64,000 nucleotides of DNA from an uncultured Clostridia bacterium (lineage in GTDB: Bacteria; Bacillota; Clostridia; Christensenellales; UBA1242), in the NCBI GenBank assembly GCA_946496065.1, contig CAMMFF010000005.1, positions 11,397-75,396 of the forward strand, given 5' to 3'. A model generated the notes under the pieces. It made no database searches. It was given only the letters and a program-made list of their open reading frames with translations, and was not told the origin of the DNA. Made by a program: the position numbers and the translations under genes. Of the stretch, positions 1 to 8,916 are shown one piece after another. The stretch's first letter is position 1, and each line of letters opens with the position of its first letter.

Positions 1-846
1 CCGTTCATGGGATTTTTGTTGAAGGCCTGTGGCTGGGGATTGGGACTTATTTATAACATCGCAGATTTTTTTGGAAACACATCACTTTTTGTTCAACTTG
101 AACCTTTTGACATTTTTCTGGTTGCAGGAGCGTTTTTATTGTTTTTTCTCATCAGCAAATATTTCATGGCAAGCAGAAAGGCAAAAACAATTTGTTGTTC
201 CACAATTTTTGTTTTCTGCGGAATTTTAGGTGGAATCTATCTTATCCCAACAAGTGTGCAAGCTTCAGTTACATATGGTTACAATTATTCTTCTTCAACT
301 GTTGTGCTTACAAATGACAGCGGAGAAAGTGTCATTGTTGATGCTGGCTACAGCAATTATACCAAAAATCTTCTGAGTGCAAATAACATCAAAAAAGTGT
401 CCACCGCTTTTGTTTTGCAAAAATCTTCAGCATATATAGACACTATGCGAGAAATTGGTGTTGAAAATTTGATAAGGTGTGACAATGGGCAGGGTTATCC
501 TGAAGATGTTTTGGTCAACTTTGATGAAACAGGTTATATTGGTGGATTTACTTTTGAATATAAATCCTTTGAAGAAAGGCTTATTGGGCTTGAGATTTCT
601 TTTGACGAAACAAAAGTTTTTATATTGAGAGATTTGAAACAGAGTGAAGAGGCTTTAACTTCTGTTTCAAGTGAAAATTATGATATCGTTATTTTGGGGA
701 AGCATGATGACTATGCTAAATTTTTTGAGCGGTCTTATGTGCTTACATATTACAAAAATTCGCTTGCGCAAACAAGTTTTGTGTCAAATGGAAATATAAC
801 TTGTTTGATTGATGGCAAAAATTACAAATGGAGGTGTGTAGATTGA
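1..846 (+). CDS. comEC: ComEC/Rec2-like competence protein, C-terminal part (5' end outside window)
   Basis: ORF is open to the window edge. It has hydrophobic helices followed by a beta-lactamase-like region (VVLTNDSGESVIVDAGYS). Its stop overlaps the holA start, as in Bacillus comEC-holA synteny. The expected DVGQGD/HxHxDH metal motifs are not recognisable. Confidence 0.5.
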   Translation, partial: PFMGFLLKACGWGLGLIYNIADFFGNTSLFVQLEPFDIFLVAGAFLLFFLISKYFMASRKAKTICCSTIFVFCGILGGIYLIPTSVQASVTYGYNYSSSTVVLTNDSGESVIVDAGYSNYTKNLLSANNIKKVSTAFVLQKSSAYIDTMREIGVENLIRCDNGQGYPEDVLVNFDETGYIGGFTFEYKSFEERLIGLEISFDETKVFILRDLKQSEEALTSVSSENYDIVILGKHDDYAKFFERSYVLTYYKNSLAQTSFVSNGNITCLIDGKNYKWRCVD

Positions 847-1775
847 AAACTTTAAAAACGAGATTGCAGAAAAAAATTGAACCATGTTATTTAATCCAAG
901 GGGAAGACATTCTTTTATATGACAAAGCATTGGAATTAATCAAAAAAGCAACAAACATTCAGCTTGAAGAATTTAATTTTTTGTCGTTTGATGATGAATC
1001 TTTCAATGGTGATGTTGTTATTGATTCTTGTGAAACTTTGCCTATGGGAAGTGACAAAAAATTGATTTTGCTTAAAAATATCACAAAAATTCCAGAAAAT
1101 TTCAAGAAAAAATTGAGAGATTATCTCAAAAAACCTGTTGAAAGCACTTGTTTGGTGATTTTTGATTTTTACAACAAATTTGATTTTATAATAAGTGAAA
1201 AAGTTAGTGCAAAAAGATTGGATGACAGAAGTTTGAGTGAAATTATATCTTCGGAATTAAAAAATCATGGGAAAACCATAACTTCTGATGCTTGTCAACA
1301 ACTTATTGAATCGTGTTGCAATTATTATTCTTTGATTAAAAATGAATTGGACAAACTTATTGCTTGCGATGAAATGGAAATTACGACAAAGGTTGTTGAC
1401 AATTTGGTTTGTAAGGAAACAGAATTTACTGTTTTTGAGCTTACTGATGCGTTATCAAAACGAAACAGCGACAAGGCGGTTTCCCTTCTTAGTCTCATGG
1501 AAAAGGACACAAAAACATTTTCATTGGTGTTAAATCATTTCAGAAGATTGTTTTTTGTTGCAATATCAGGTCTGAGTGATAAAGAATTGTCGGAAATTTT
1601 GAATGTTAAAGAATTTGCAATTGTGAAAGCAAGAGAATTATCAAAGAATTTCACAAAACTTCAATTGAAAAACATTTATGAAATGTTGAATGATGTAGAT
1701 TTTTATATAAAAAATGGACAAATGCAGATAGAAAATGCACTTTATTATTTGATTTTTGGCATTTTATATTGTTAA
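843..1775 (+). CDS. holA: DNA polymerase III delta subunit
   Basis: About 310 aa, positioned after comEC, with an N-terminal YLIQGEDILL and a delta-like helical C-terminus. Likely TTG start at 843 (GGAGG 8 nt upstream) overlapping the comEC stop (TTGA). An alternative ATG lies at 828. Confidence 0.7.
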   Translation: MKTLKTRLQKKIEPCYLIQGEDILLYDKALELIKKATNIQLEEFNFLSFDDESFNGDVVIDSCETLPMGSDKKLILLKNITKIPENFKKKLRDYLKKPVESTCLVIFDFYNKFDFIISEKVSAKRLDDRSLSEIISSELKNHGKTITSDACQQLIESCCNYYSLIKNELDKLIACDEMEITTKVVDNLVCKETEFTVFELTDALSKRNSDKAVSLLSLMEKDTKTFSLVLNHFRRLFFVAISGLSDKELSEILNVKEFAIVKARELSKNFTKLQLKNIYEMLNDVDFYIKNGQMQIENALYYLIFGILYC

Positions 1776-1799
1776 AATAATGAAAAGTTGAGGATTATT

Positions 1800-2396
1800 A
1801 TGGATTTAGATGAAATCAAACAAGAGTTTTTAGAGATATTTTATGACAATATTGAAAGAGATGGTGCTGAGGAATTGTTGAATTATTTGGAAAAATCTGA
1901 TTTTTTCACTGCTCCGGCATCTGGCAGGCGTCATTCAAATTTTGAGGGCGGTTTGTGTTTGCATAGCATCAACGTTTATAAAAGATACATAAAGTTGTTG
2001 CAAAGTGAGTACGGAGAGAAGTGGACAGAAGTCATTTCTCCAGAAAGTGTGGCAATTATTGGGCTTTTGCATGATATTTGCAAAGTTAATACATACATTA
2101 TTGACATGAGAAATGTCAAAGTTGACGGTCAGTGGAAGCAAAAACCGTATTATAAATATTATGATCCACTGCCATACGGACATGGTGAGAAGTCAGTTTA
2201 TATGATTTCTGGCTTTATGAAATTGACAAGAGAAGAGGCAATGGCAATAAATTGGCACATGGGAGCATTTGATCCACGTGCAGTCAACAATCCAAGCATT
2301 TTGGTTGATGTGTTTTACAGATATCCTACTGTTTATCTGTTTCATTTGGCTGATTATATGGCAACTTATCTTGACGAAAAGCCTGTTGATGATTAA
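1800..2396 (+). CDS. HD-domain phosphohydrolase
   Basis: GLLHDICK (HD motif) and a downstream GHGEKS. ATG 1800 is preceded by GAGGA. Confidence 0.65.
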   Translation: MDLDEIKQEFLEIFYDNIERDGAEELLNYLEKSDFFTAPASGRRHSNFEGGLCLHSINVYKRYIKLLQSEYGEKWTEVISPESVAIIGLLHDICKVNTYIIDMRNVKVDGQWKQKPYYKYYDPLPYGHGEKSVYMISGFMKLTREEAMAINWHMGAFDPRAVNNPSILVDVFYRYPTVYLFHLADYMATYLDEKPVDD

Positions 2397-2529
2397 ATAT
2401 GATAAAAATTAGCAAATATAGTTGGAACAGTCTGAATATAATAAAATGAAAAAATATTAAAAAATGATATTTTTTCTTTTATTTATTGTAAAAAATTTGT
2501 CAAAAATGCGATTTTTTCTTAAAAGGGTA

Positions 2530-2558
2530 TTGACAGTAAATAGGTTTTGCCTTATAAT
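2530..2558 (+). promoter_or_regulatory. consensus sigma-A type promoter
   Basis: TTGACA (2530-2535), 17-nt spacer, TATAAT (2553-2558). Confidence 0.7.
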
Positions 2559-2585
2559 TATAGCAAGATAAACGGAGGTGTTTAT

Positions 2586-5069
2586 ATGGATATTGATATC
2601 AAAACAAAAGGAAGACAAGTTAATCAAACTGATTTTCAATCTATGTGGGATGGTTCTTCTGATTTGGTTGTTGACCCTTCAACTGGTTTGCCTCTTGGAA
2701 GAGTTGAAGTGCCAAAAACTGCAAATCAAGTAAGTAGATTTGTGTTTGTTAAAGATACAGATTCTGGTGCTATCTGCTGTTATATTCAACCTAGATTAAA
2801 GGTTGAGAATGTTGCTGGAGCAAGAGTCGTAACTCCAACTTCAAATGGGCACTTTGTCAGAGGTGTAGAAGTTAAAGTGATCAGTGGAAAGGATGTTATC
2901 AAAATCAGTGAAACTGATTCAAAAATGACAGACTACACTGTTCCTGTTGCTCCTGGAGTGACAGATAATTTGGTTACTGGCTTGACAAATATGTGTGACG
3001 TTTCCAAGAATCCAAACTTGGGCGATGTTTATTCTCACATCAAGAGTCACTTTTCTCTCGGTTTGATTGCAGGAGGTGGAGTTGGTGGAGCATTGGCAGG
3101 AGTGACACTTCCTGACACTGTTAAGAAAATTCAGTTGGCTCCAGAATCAAGGCTTGCACATCCTATTAAAACAATCACTAAGACTAGAAGAGTTGACACC
3201 CCTGATGCATATTTGGTTGTTGCACCACATCCAAATGCTACTAAGGCAGAACGTGGTGGAAAGGCTTTGTACTATATGCCTAGTTTGAAAAAATCAAGTG
3301 GCGACAACATTGATATCAAATCATCCTCAGAAATTTTGGCAAATGGTGGATTGGTTGTTCACAGAATCAGATATGACAGAAATGGTGAAATGAAAATTGA
3401 TTATTACAAGGACGCCAACAGTCGTGCTCATTTCAGCATTAAGGCCACCGATCCACAAATTGGTGATCCAACATATGGTATCGAAGCATGGACAGGCAAC
3501 TTTGGTGTTGGTGATGATGGGTTTGATAATCCAAAAGCAGTGGAATTGAAGCATGTTGTTAAAGACGGATTCATGGATACTTATCATCAAAGAAGAGTGT
3601 TGAAAACTGTCGTTGCAGGAATTATCGCTTTGGGAATTGTGGTTACAGCAATAGTTGCTCCTGTTAAGGCTTCAATAGACAGAGCTAATTCTGATGAAAT
3701 TCGTTTGGAACAAGAATATAATGATGCATATGAAAGTGTCCCAAATGAATCTGCTGCAGCTGAAGCTGACGGCGCTCAAAAAATGAAAGATTTGATTGCT
3801 CAAAATAAAGTTGATTCCCCTGATCAAGCAACACTATTGAATTACAATGTGATTGGAAATACTGTTTCAGTTTCTGTTGGTGGAATTTATAATGTTGTAA
3901 AAACTCCTATTAATCCTTATATACAATCTGTTCTTGTTGAATTTGAAGGTGAGCAAATTGGTGGAGATAAATATGATTATACTCTTGCCACACTTACAGG
4001 AGCATTTAAAGAACTTGGAAGACAGGTTGCTCAAGAAGCAAGTGACAATGGTGTGATTGTTGCGACCAGAGAAAATTCTGATTCTAATGCTGTTATCAAT
4101 TATATTTATGGAGTTGTTGATCCACTTTCTCCAACAGCTGCACTTTCTGACGAAAGCAAAATGACAGAATTTGTTAGAACTCTCTATGCTGATGCTTATG
4201 ATTATAGTGGAGACTTAACTTTGGATCAAGTTGTTAGCACAATTGTTAAAAGTTATACCGAAGGATTTAAGGAAAAGGCGACTCAACTTGCACTTGAAAA
4301 TCCTGGAATTATCATTGATGATTCAGAAAGACCAGTTGTAGATTATGAAAATGCCGAATTGAAGAGTGCTGTTGCAACAACAATTGCAAAACTTACTGAA
4401 ACTGGAAAGAAATATAGTGCAGAAGACATTAACATTGCCTATAGTTCTCACGGAGAAAAAGTTTTGTTTGCTAACACTACAGATGGAACTTATCTTTTCA
4501 AAATTGATTTGACAAATGGTGGAACAAATTCAAGTGAGATTACTTCAACTGAAGATATGATTTCAAGAATTAATAGTGCAGATAATTGTGAAGAAAGTGT
4601 TAAAATTGATGTTCTTCTTAAGAGATTGAAACTTGATAAAGCAATTGAAAACTTAAAGACAACCTATGCAAATGAAAATGGTGTTTCTGATCCTCAAATC
4701 TACATCACGGGACATTCAGTTCTTACTCAATCAGATGCAAATCCAAATCAGTTTGAAATTTCTCCAAAAATGGTGATTGTAAGCAACAATGCTGGAAGAA
4801 TTGAAGAAAAACCTGCTTACACTGTCAAGGTTGATGCAGGAAAAGATGCTTCAATCAATCAAATGGTTGCAGTTGCTGTGTTTGGTGATGCGGTTGCTGA
4901 CAAATATCCAATTTACATCAGAGTTGAAAACACTGAAGAAAAAAATGTGGTTTATGAAGATAACGATTTGGATGTTAACGATGAAGCGAATGCTCAGTTA
5001 GAAAATGTTCCAGTAAATTCTCAAAGTTCTTCTCTTAAAAACACAGGCGAAAAAGAAATTGAATTATAA
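2586..5069 (+). CDS. orphan 827-aa bitopic membrane protein
   Basis: GGAGG lies 7 nt upstream of ATG 2586. The gene is monocistronic, with its own promoter and terminator. There is no signal peptide and a single hydrophobic helix VLKTVVAGIIALGIVVTAIVAPV (nt ~3598-3668). No family recognised. Confidence 0.8.
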   Translation: MDIDIKTKGRQVNQTDFQSMWDGSSDLVVDPSTGLPLGRVEVPKTANQVSRFVFVKDTDSGAICCYIQPRLKVENVAGARVVTPTSNGHFVRGVEVKVISGKDVIKISETDSKMTDYTVPVAPGVTDNLVTGLTNMCDVSKNPNLGDVYSHIKSHFSLGLIAGGGVGGALAGVTLPDTVKKIQLAPESRLAHPIKTITKTRRVDTPDAYLVVAPHPNATKAERGGKALYYMPSLKKSSGDNIDIKSSSEILANGGLVVHRIRYDRNGEMKIDYYKDANSRAHFSIKATDPQIGDPTYGIEAWTGNFGVGDDGFDNPKAVELKHVVKDGFMDTYHQRRVLKTVVAGIIALGIVVTAIVAPVKASIDRANSDEIRLEQEYNDAYESVPNESAAAEADGAQKMKDLIAQNKVDSPDQATLLNYNVIGNTVSVSVGGIYNVVKTPINPYIQSVLVEFEGEQIGGDKYDYTLATLTGAFKELGRQVAQEASDNGVIVATRENSDSNAVINYIYGVVDPLSPTAALSDESKMTEFVRTLYADAYDYSGDLTLDQVVSTIVKSYTEGFKEKATQLALENPGIIIDDSERPVVDYENAELKSAVATTIAKLTETGKKYSAEDINIAYSSHGEKVLFANTTDGTYLFKIDLTNGGTNSSEITSTEDMISRINSADNCEESVKIDVLLKRLKLDKAIENLKTTYANENGVSDPQIYITGHSVLTQSDANPNQFEISPKMVIVSNNAGRIEEKPAYTVKVDAGKDASINQMVAVAVFGDAVADKYPIYIRVENTEEKNVVYEDNDLDVNDEANAQLENVPVNSQSSSLKNTGEKEIEL

Positions 5070-5073
5070 TTTG

Positions 5074-5104
5074 AAAGAACGCTTAAATTGAGCGTTCTTT
5101 TTTT
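5074..5104 (+). terminator. intrinsic terminator
   Basis: AAAGAACGCT / AGCGTTCTTT 10-bp stem, 7-nt loop, then a T-run. Confidence 0.8.
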
Positions 5105-5139
5105 ATGTCAAAATTTTAATTTTGATTAAGGTAAATTTG

Positions 5140-5192
5140 TTGACAAACCAAAATTTGTTGAATATAATAATAACAGTTGAATGTTTATTCAA
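5140..5192 (+). promoter_or_regulatory. cadC promoter plus palindromic operator
   Basis: TTGACA (5140-5145), 17 nt, TATAAT (5163-5168). This is followed by the palindrome TTGAAT-GTTT-ATTCAA (5177-5192), typical of ArsR/SmtB operators. Confidence 0.65.
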
Positions 5193-5212
5193 TTGTTTTG
5201 GAGTATTTAAAA

Positions 5213-5590
5213 ATGGGAAAGAAAGAAATGATGTGTGATTGCGATGTCATTCATGTTGATCTTGTGAAAAAAGCAAAGAAAGATATGGTAAGTGAAGATA
5301 TTTTGCTGAATATTGCAGATTTTTATAAGGCACTATCAGACAGTACAAGAATCAAAATCATCAATTTGCTCGATGGACACGAACTATGTGTTTGTGATAT
5401 TTCTGTGATTTTGAATATGACAAAGTCTGCAGTTTCTCACCAACTCAAAAACTTGAAAGAAATGCATTTGATAAAGTGTCACAGAGAGGGCAAAGAAATT
5501 TTATATAGCCTTGCTGACAATCATGTTAAAGAAGTTTTTGAAATCAGCATGGAACACGTTTTGGAGAAGTTTGATGAAGAAAATTGTTAA
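5213..5590 (+). CDS. cadC: ArsR/SmtB-family metalloregulator (CadC-like)
   Basis: DSTRIKIINLL...ELCVCDIS...SAVSHQLKNLK winged-HTH with the CVC metal site. N-terminal Cys pair (MMCDCD). Located upstream of, and overlapping, cadA. Confidence 0.85.
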   Translation: MGKKEMMCDCDVIHVDLVKKAKKDMVSEDILLNIADFYKALSDSTRIKIINLLDGHELCVCDISVILNMTKSAVSHQLKNLKEMHLIKCHREGKEILYSLADNHVKEVFEISMEHVLEKFDEENC

Positions 5591-7649
5591 GATAGAAGGT
5601 CTGGATTGTCCGAATTGTGCAAGAGCATTAGAAAAAGAATTGAACAAAATAGACGGTGTGGAAAATGTCGAGATAGATTTTTTGAAGTCAGACTTGTCAT
5701 TTGAAAGTAAAGATGTTGATAATGCACTTTGCAGAATTGTTAAAACTACTAAGGCGATTGAACCGGATGCTAAAATTATTTATGACAAACAGACTAAGAA
5801 AAATCAGAAAAATGGAAAATTAGTCTTGGATATTTGCTTGCTTTTTGTCGGAATTGCCTTGGGTTTGTGTGTGCTTTTTATTGATATGCCTGTTTGGTTG
5901 TTTTGGACATTGTTCGTGGCCAGTGCGTTACTCATGGGCTATAAAACCTACATCAAAGCAATTAAATTGCTTTTCAAAGGGACTGTCAATGAAAATCTTT
6001 TAATCACAATTTCCGTTGTTGGTGCATCGGCCATTGGCGAATATATGGAAGGCTTGATGGTTATCGCACTTTATTCCATAGGCAAGATTTTGGAAGGAAT
6101 TGCTGTCGACAGGTCAAAAAAATCCATAGAAAAACTTACGCAAATGCAACCGGAGTACGCTGTTGTGCTTGACGGAGATGTTGAGAAAAGAGTTAAACCT
6201 TCAGAAGTTTTGGAAAATTCAATCATTGTCGTTAGACCTGGAGAAAAAGTGCCAATTGATGGAAACATTATTGAGGGCAGTGCATCTTTGGACATGCAAA
6301 GTTTGACTGGTGAAAGTGTTCCTGTTTTTGTCGATGAAGGGAAAGAAATTTTATCCGGATCAATTGTTTTGGATGGGATGCTTAAAATTCGAACAACAAG
6401 AAAGTATGATGAAAGTACTGTTAAAAAAATATTGGATTTGATTGAGCACGCTCAAGACAAAAAGTCAAAGACAGAAACCGTAATTTCCAAGGTTGCTCGA
6501 TGGTACACTTTAGGTGTGATTGTTTTAGCAATAACTGTTTGGGGAATTGTTTGGGCAGTTACAAGAAATTTTGATACTGCACTCTATAGGGGTTTGATTT
6601 TCTTAGTCATTTCTTGCCCTTGTGCATTTGCCATTTCTGTGCCACTATCTTATTTTTCGGGCATCGGAAATGCTTCAAAGCATGGAATCTTGATTAAGGG
6701 GTCAAACTATCTTGATGCTTGTGCAAAGATTAACGTTGTTGCTTTTGATAAAACCGGCACATTGACCACAGGAAATTTTGTCATTCAAAAAGTTGTCAGT
6801 TACGATAGTTCAAAAAGCGAAGAAGACATTCTCTATTTGGCAAGTTTGGGAGAACAGTATTCGTTGCACCCACTTGCAAAAGCCATTGTTTTTGCCAATA
6901 AGAGAAAATTGCAAAAAGTTTCAAATCTTAAAGAGAAAGCGGGCGAAGGAGTTTATTTCAAGTTTCACAAAATGGACTATTTTGTCGGAAGAAAAAGTCA
7001 GGATTTAAAAAGCACAATCGTTGAAATTTTTGAAAATAACAGCAAAATTGGAGAGATTGAACTCGATGATGATATCAAGGAAAGTTCCTATGTTGCTTGC
7101 CAAGAGTTAAAATCACTTGGGGTGAGAACTGTTATGTTGTCTGGAGATAACGAACTCAGTGCTGTTCGTGTGGCAAAAGAAATTGGAATCGATGAGGTTC
7201 ATCACAATCTTCTTCCGCAAGAAAAGTTTGAATGGATTGAAGACGCAAAAAAGAATAAGAAGAATTTTGTTGGTTATGTTGGAGATGGAATAAATGATGC
7301 TCCGTCATTGATGCTTTCAGATGTTGGAATAAGCATGGGAATCAATGGAAGTGGTGCCAGCAAAGAAGTTTCTGACATAGTTTTGGTTGATGACGACCCT
7401 TCAAAAGTTTCTTCAGCGATCAAAATTTCAAAGTATACGCGAAAAATCGTTTGGGAAAACATAATTCTCTCTGCTGTTGTCAAAATAACATTCTTGCTTT
7501 TGGGAACTTTTGGGGTGACAGGCATGCTTTTTGCTGTTTTTGCAGATGTGGGAGTTACCGTGCTTGCAATTTTGAACAGTATGAGAGCATTGAAATATAA
7601 ACCAAACAAAAAAGTGAAAAAATATAAAGAAAAAAATAAAACATGTTGA
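5574..7649 (+). CDS. cadA: heavy-metal (Cd/Zn/Pb-type) P1B ATPase
   Basis: N-terminal GLDCPNC metal-binding domain, SCPCAF (CPC) motif, DKTGTLT, GDGINDAP. GGAG lies 7 nt upstream of ATG 5574. Confidence 0.9.
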   Translation: MKKIVKIEGLDCPNCARALEKELNKIDGVENVEIDFLKSDLSFESKDVDNALCRIVKTTKAIEPDAKIIYDKQTKKNQKNGKLVLDICLLFVGIALGLCVLFIDMPVWLFWTLFVASALLMGYKTYIKAIKLLFKGTVNENLLITISVVGASAIGEYMEGLMVIALYSIGKILEGIAVDRSKKSIEKLTQMQPEYAVVLDGDVEKRVKPSEVLENSIIVVRPGEKVPIDGNIIEGSASLDMQSLTGESVPVFVDEGKEILSGSIVLDGMLKIRTTRKYDESTVKKILDLIEHAQDKKSKTETVISKVARWYTLGVIVLAITVWGIVWAVTRNFDTALYRGLIFLVISCPCAFAISVPLSYFSGIGNASKHGILIKGSNYLDACAKINVVAFDKTGTLTTGNFVIQKVVSYDSSKSEEDILYLASLGEQYSLHPLAKAIVFANKRKLQKVSNLKEKAGEGVYFKFHKMDYFVGRKSQDLKSTIVEIFENNSKIGEIELDDDIKESSYVACQELKSLGVRTVMLSGDNELSAVRVAKEIGIDEVHHNLLPQEKFEWIEDAKKNKKNFVGYVGDGINDAPSLMLSDVGISMGINGSGASKEVSDIVLVDDDPSKVSSAIKISKYTRKIVWENIILSAVVKITFLLLGTFGVTGMLFAVFADVGVTVLAILNSMRALKYKPNKKVKKYKEKNKTC

Positions 7650-7666
7650 TGCATGTTTTATTTTAT
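7638..7666. terminator. hairpin shared by convergent cadA and flavodoxin genes
   Basis: AAAACATG / CATGTTTT stem spanning the cadA stop codon, flanked by A-rich and T-rich sequence. Confidence 0.45.
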
Positions 7667-8131
7667 ATTTTCTATCCATTTTGAAATGACATGCTGTGGT
7701 GTCAAAAGATTTTTGCCTTCAAATTCCAAATTTAGCCCTTCTTTGATTATGCAATCTCTACATGTTTTTTCAAAATCTTTAAATGTGTGACCAAGCCAAC
7801 CTGCATTAGTTGCAAATGGATAGATGGTTTTGTTTTTAAGGTTGTTTTCGTTTAAAAATGTTTTCATTGCAGGAGCAAAAGTATACCACCAAACAGGACT
7901 TCCCAATATTATCGTGTCATATTTTTCCAAATCAAAAGAAATAGGTTTGATTTTTGGCATATAACCTTGTTCAATTTCTTTCTTTGCTTGGTCAACAACG
8001 GCATCATAACTTCCAGTGTAGGCGTTTTCAGTTTCAATTTTTGCAATATCCGCATTTAATTTTTTTGCAATTAGTTCTGCGATTTTTTTAGTGTTCCCGC
8101 TGTAAGAATAATAGATAACAATTGTTTTCAT
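7658..8131 (-). CDS. flavodoxin-like protein
   Basis: MKTIVIYYSYSGNTKKIAE FMN-binding N-terminus; about 157 aa. Confidence 0.75.
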   Translation of the reverse strand: MKTIVIYYSYSGNTKKIAELIAKKLNADIAKIETENAYTGSYDAVVDQAKKEIEQGYMPKIKPISFDLEKYDTIILGSPVWWYTFAPAMKTFLNENNLKNKTIYPFATNAGWLGHTFKDFEKTCRDCIIKEGLNLEFEGKNLLTPQHVISKWIENIK

Positions 8132-8233
8132 ACATCCACCTTCCATAATTTGTTAAAAATATTTTTGCAACAATTATTCAATTAATGTTGGTATTTTTTA
8201 GGAGTAATTAAAGTTGGATCAAAATAACTTGGT

Positions 8234-8869
8234 CTACAAATGATTTATTATTGATTTAACTTCGTCCAACAACTTGGCAATTAGAGAGCCATCAATGGCA
8301 GCATGATTAACTTGAAGAGAAACATTAACCCAGCGCTCACCTTTTTCGTTTATTTTCATTTTGTCAAAGCTAACATGTGGGACAAAAGAGTTTCGTTGAA
8401 CATCTTGCGGATGTGTCATATGCGTAAACTCAAACCAAGGAGCACAAGAAATGTAAGCAATAACTTGACTTCTTCTTGCGTCAAGAGGTAGTGGTTCGGT
8501 GAATGTGGTTTGGTTTTGTAATTTCTTTTTTGTTTCAATGCAAAATTTTTCAATGTCTGAATAATATCTACCGGTTATTATTTTGAAAATTTCTTCACCT
8601 TGTTTCATTGCGCAAATGTTGACAAATTCACCATCTTCAATCACAATTTTGCCCTTGATTGAGCGAATCATGAATTCTTCAAATTTTAAAAATGCAGAAC
8701 AAAAGACGTGACACATACAAAAATAGAAAGATAGACCTTTTGACTTTGCGAATTCATAAACCTTAGACACTTCTAAAGGTGTGCAGAGTGAAATTTGTGG
8801 GATATCAAATTGATAGTATAATTTAAAAATATCCTTTCGGTTCCATGATTCTATATCTAATTCCCTCAT
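8234..8869 (-). CDS. chloramphenicol-acetyltransferase-family protein (function unproven)
   Basis: 211 aa. The C-terminal LQVNHAAIDG aligns to the catalytic HHAVCDG region of type-A CATs. Confidence 0.55.
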   Translation of the reverse strand: MRELDIESWNRKDIFKLYYQFDIPQISLCTPLEVSKVYEFAKSKGLSFYFCMCHVFCSAFLKFEEFMIRSIKGKIVIEDGEFVNICAMKQGEEIFKIITGRYYSDIEKFCIETKKKLQNQTTFTEPLPLDARRSQVIAYISCAPWFEFTHMTHPQDVQRNSFVPHVSFDKMKINEKGERWVNVSLQVNHAAIDGSLIAKLLDEVKSIINHL

Positions 8870-8916
8870 AAAACTTCCTTTTGATATAATATACTACAAA
8901 AGCAAAATTTTTCAAA

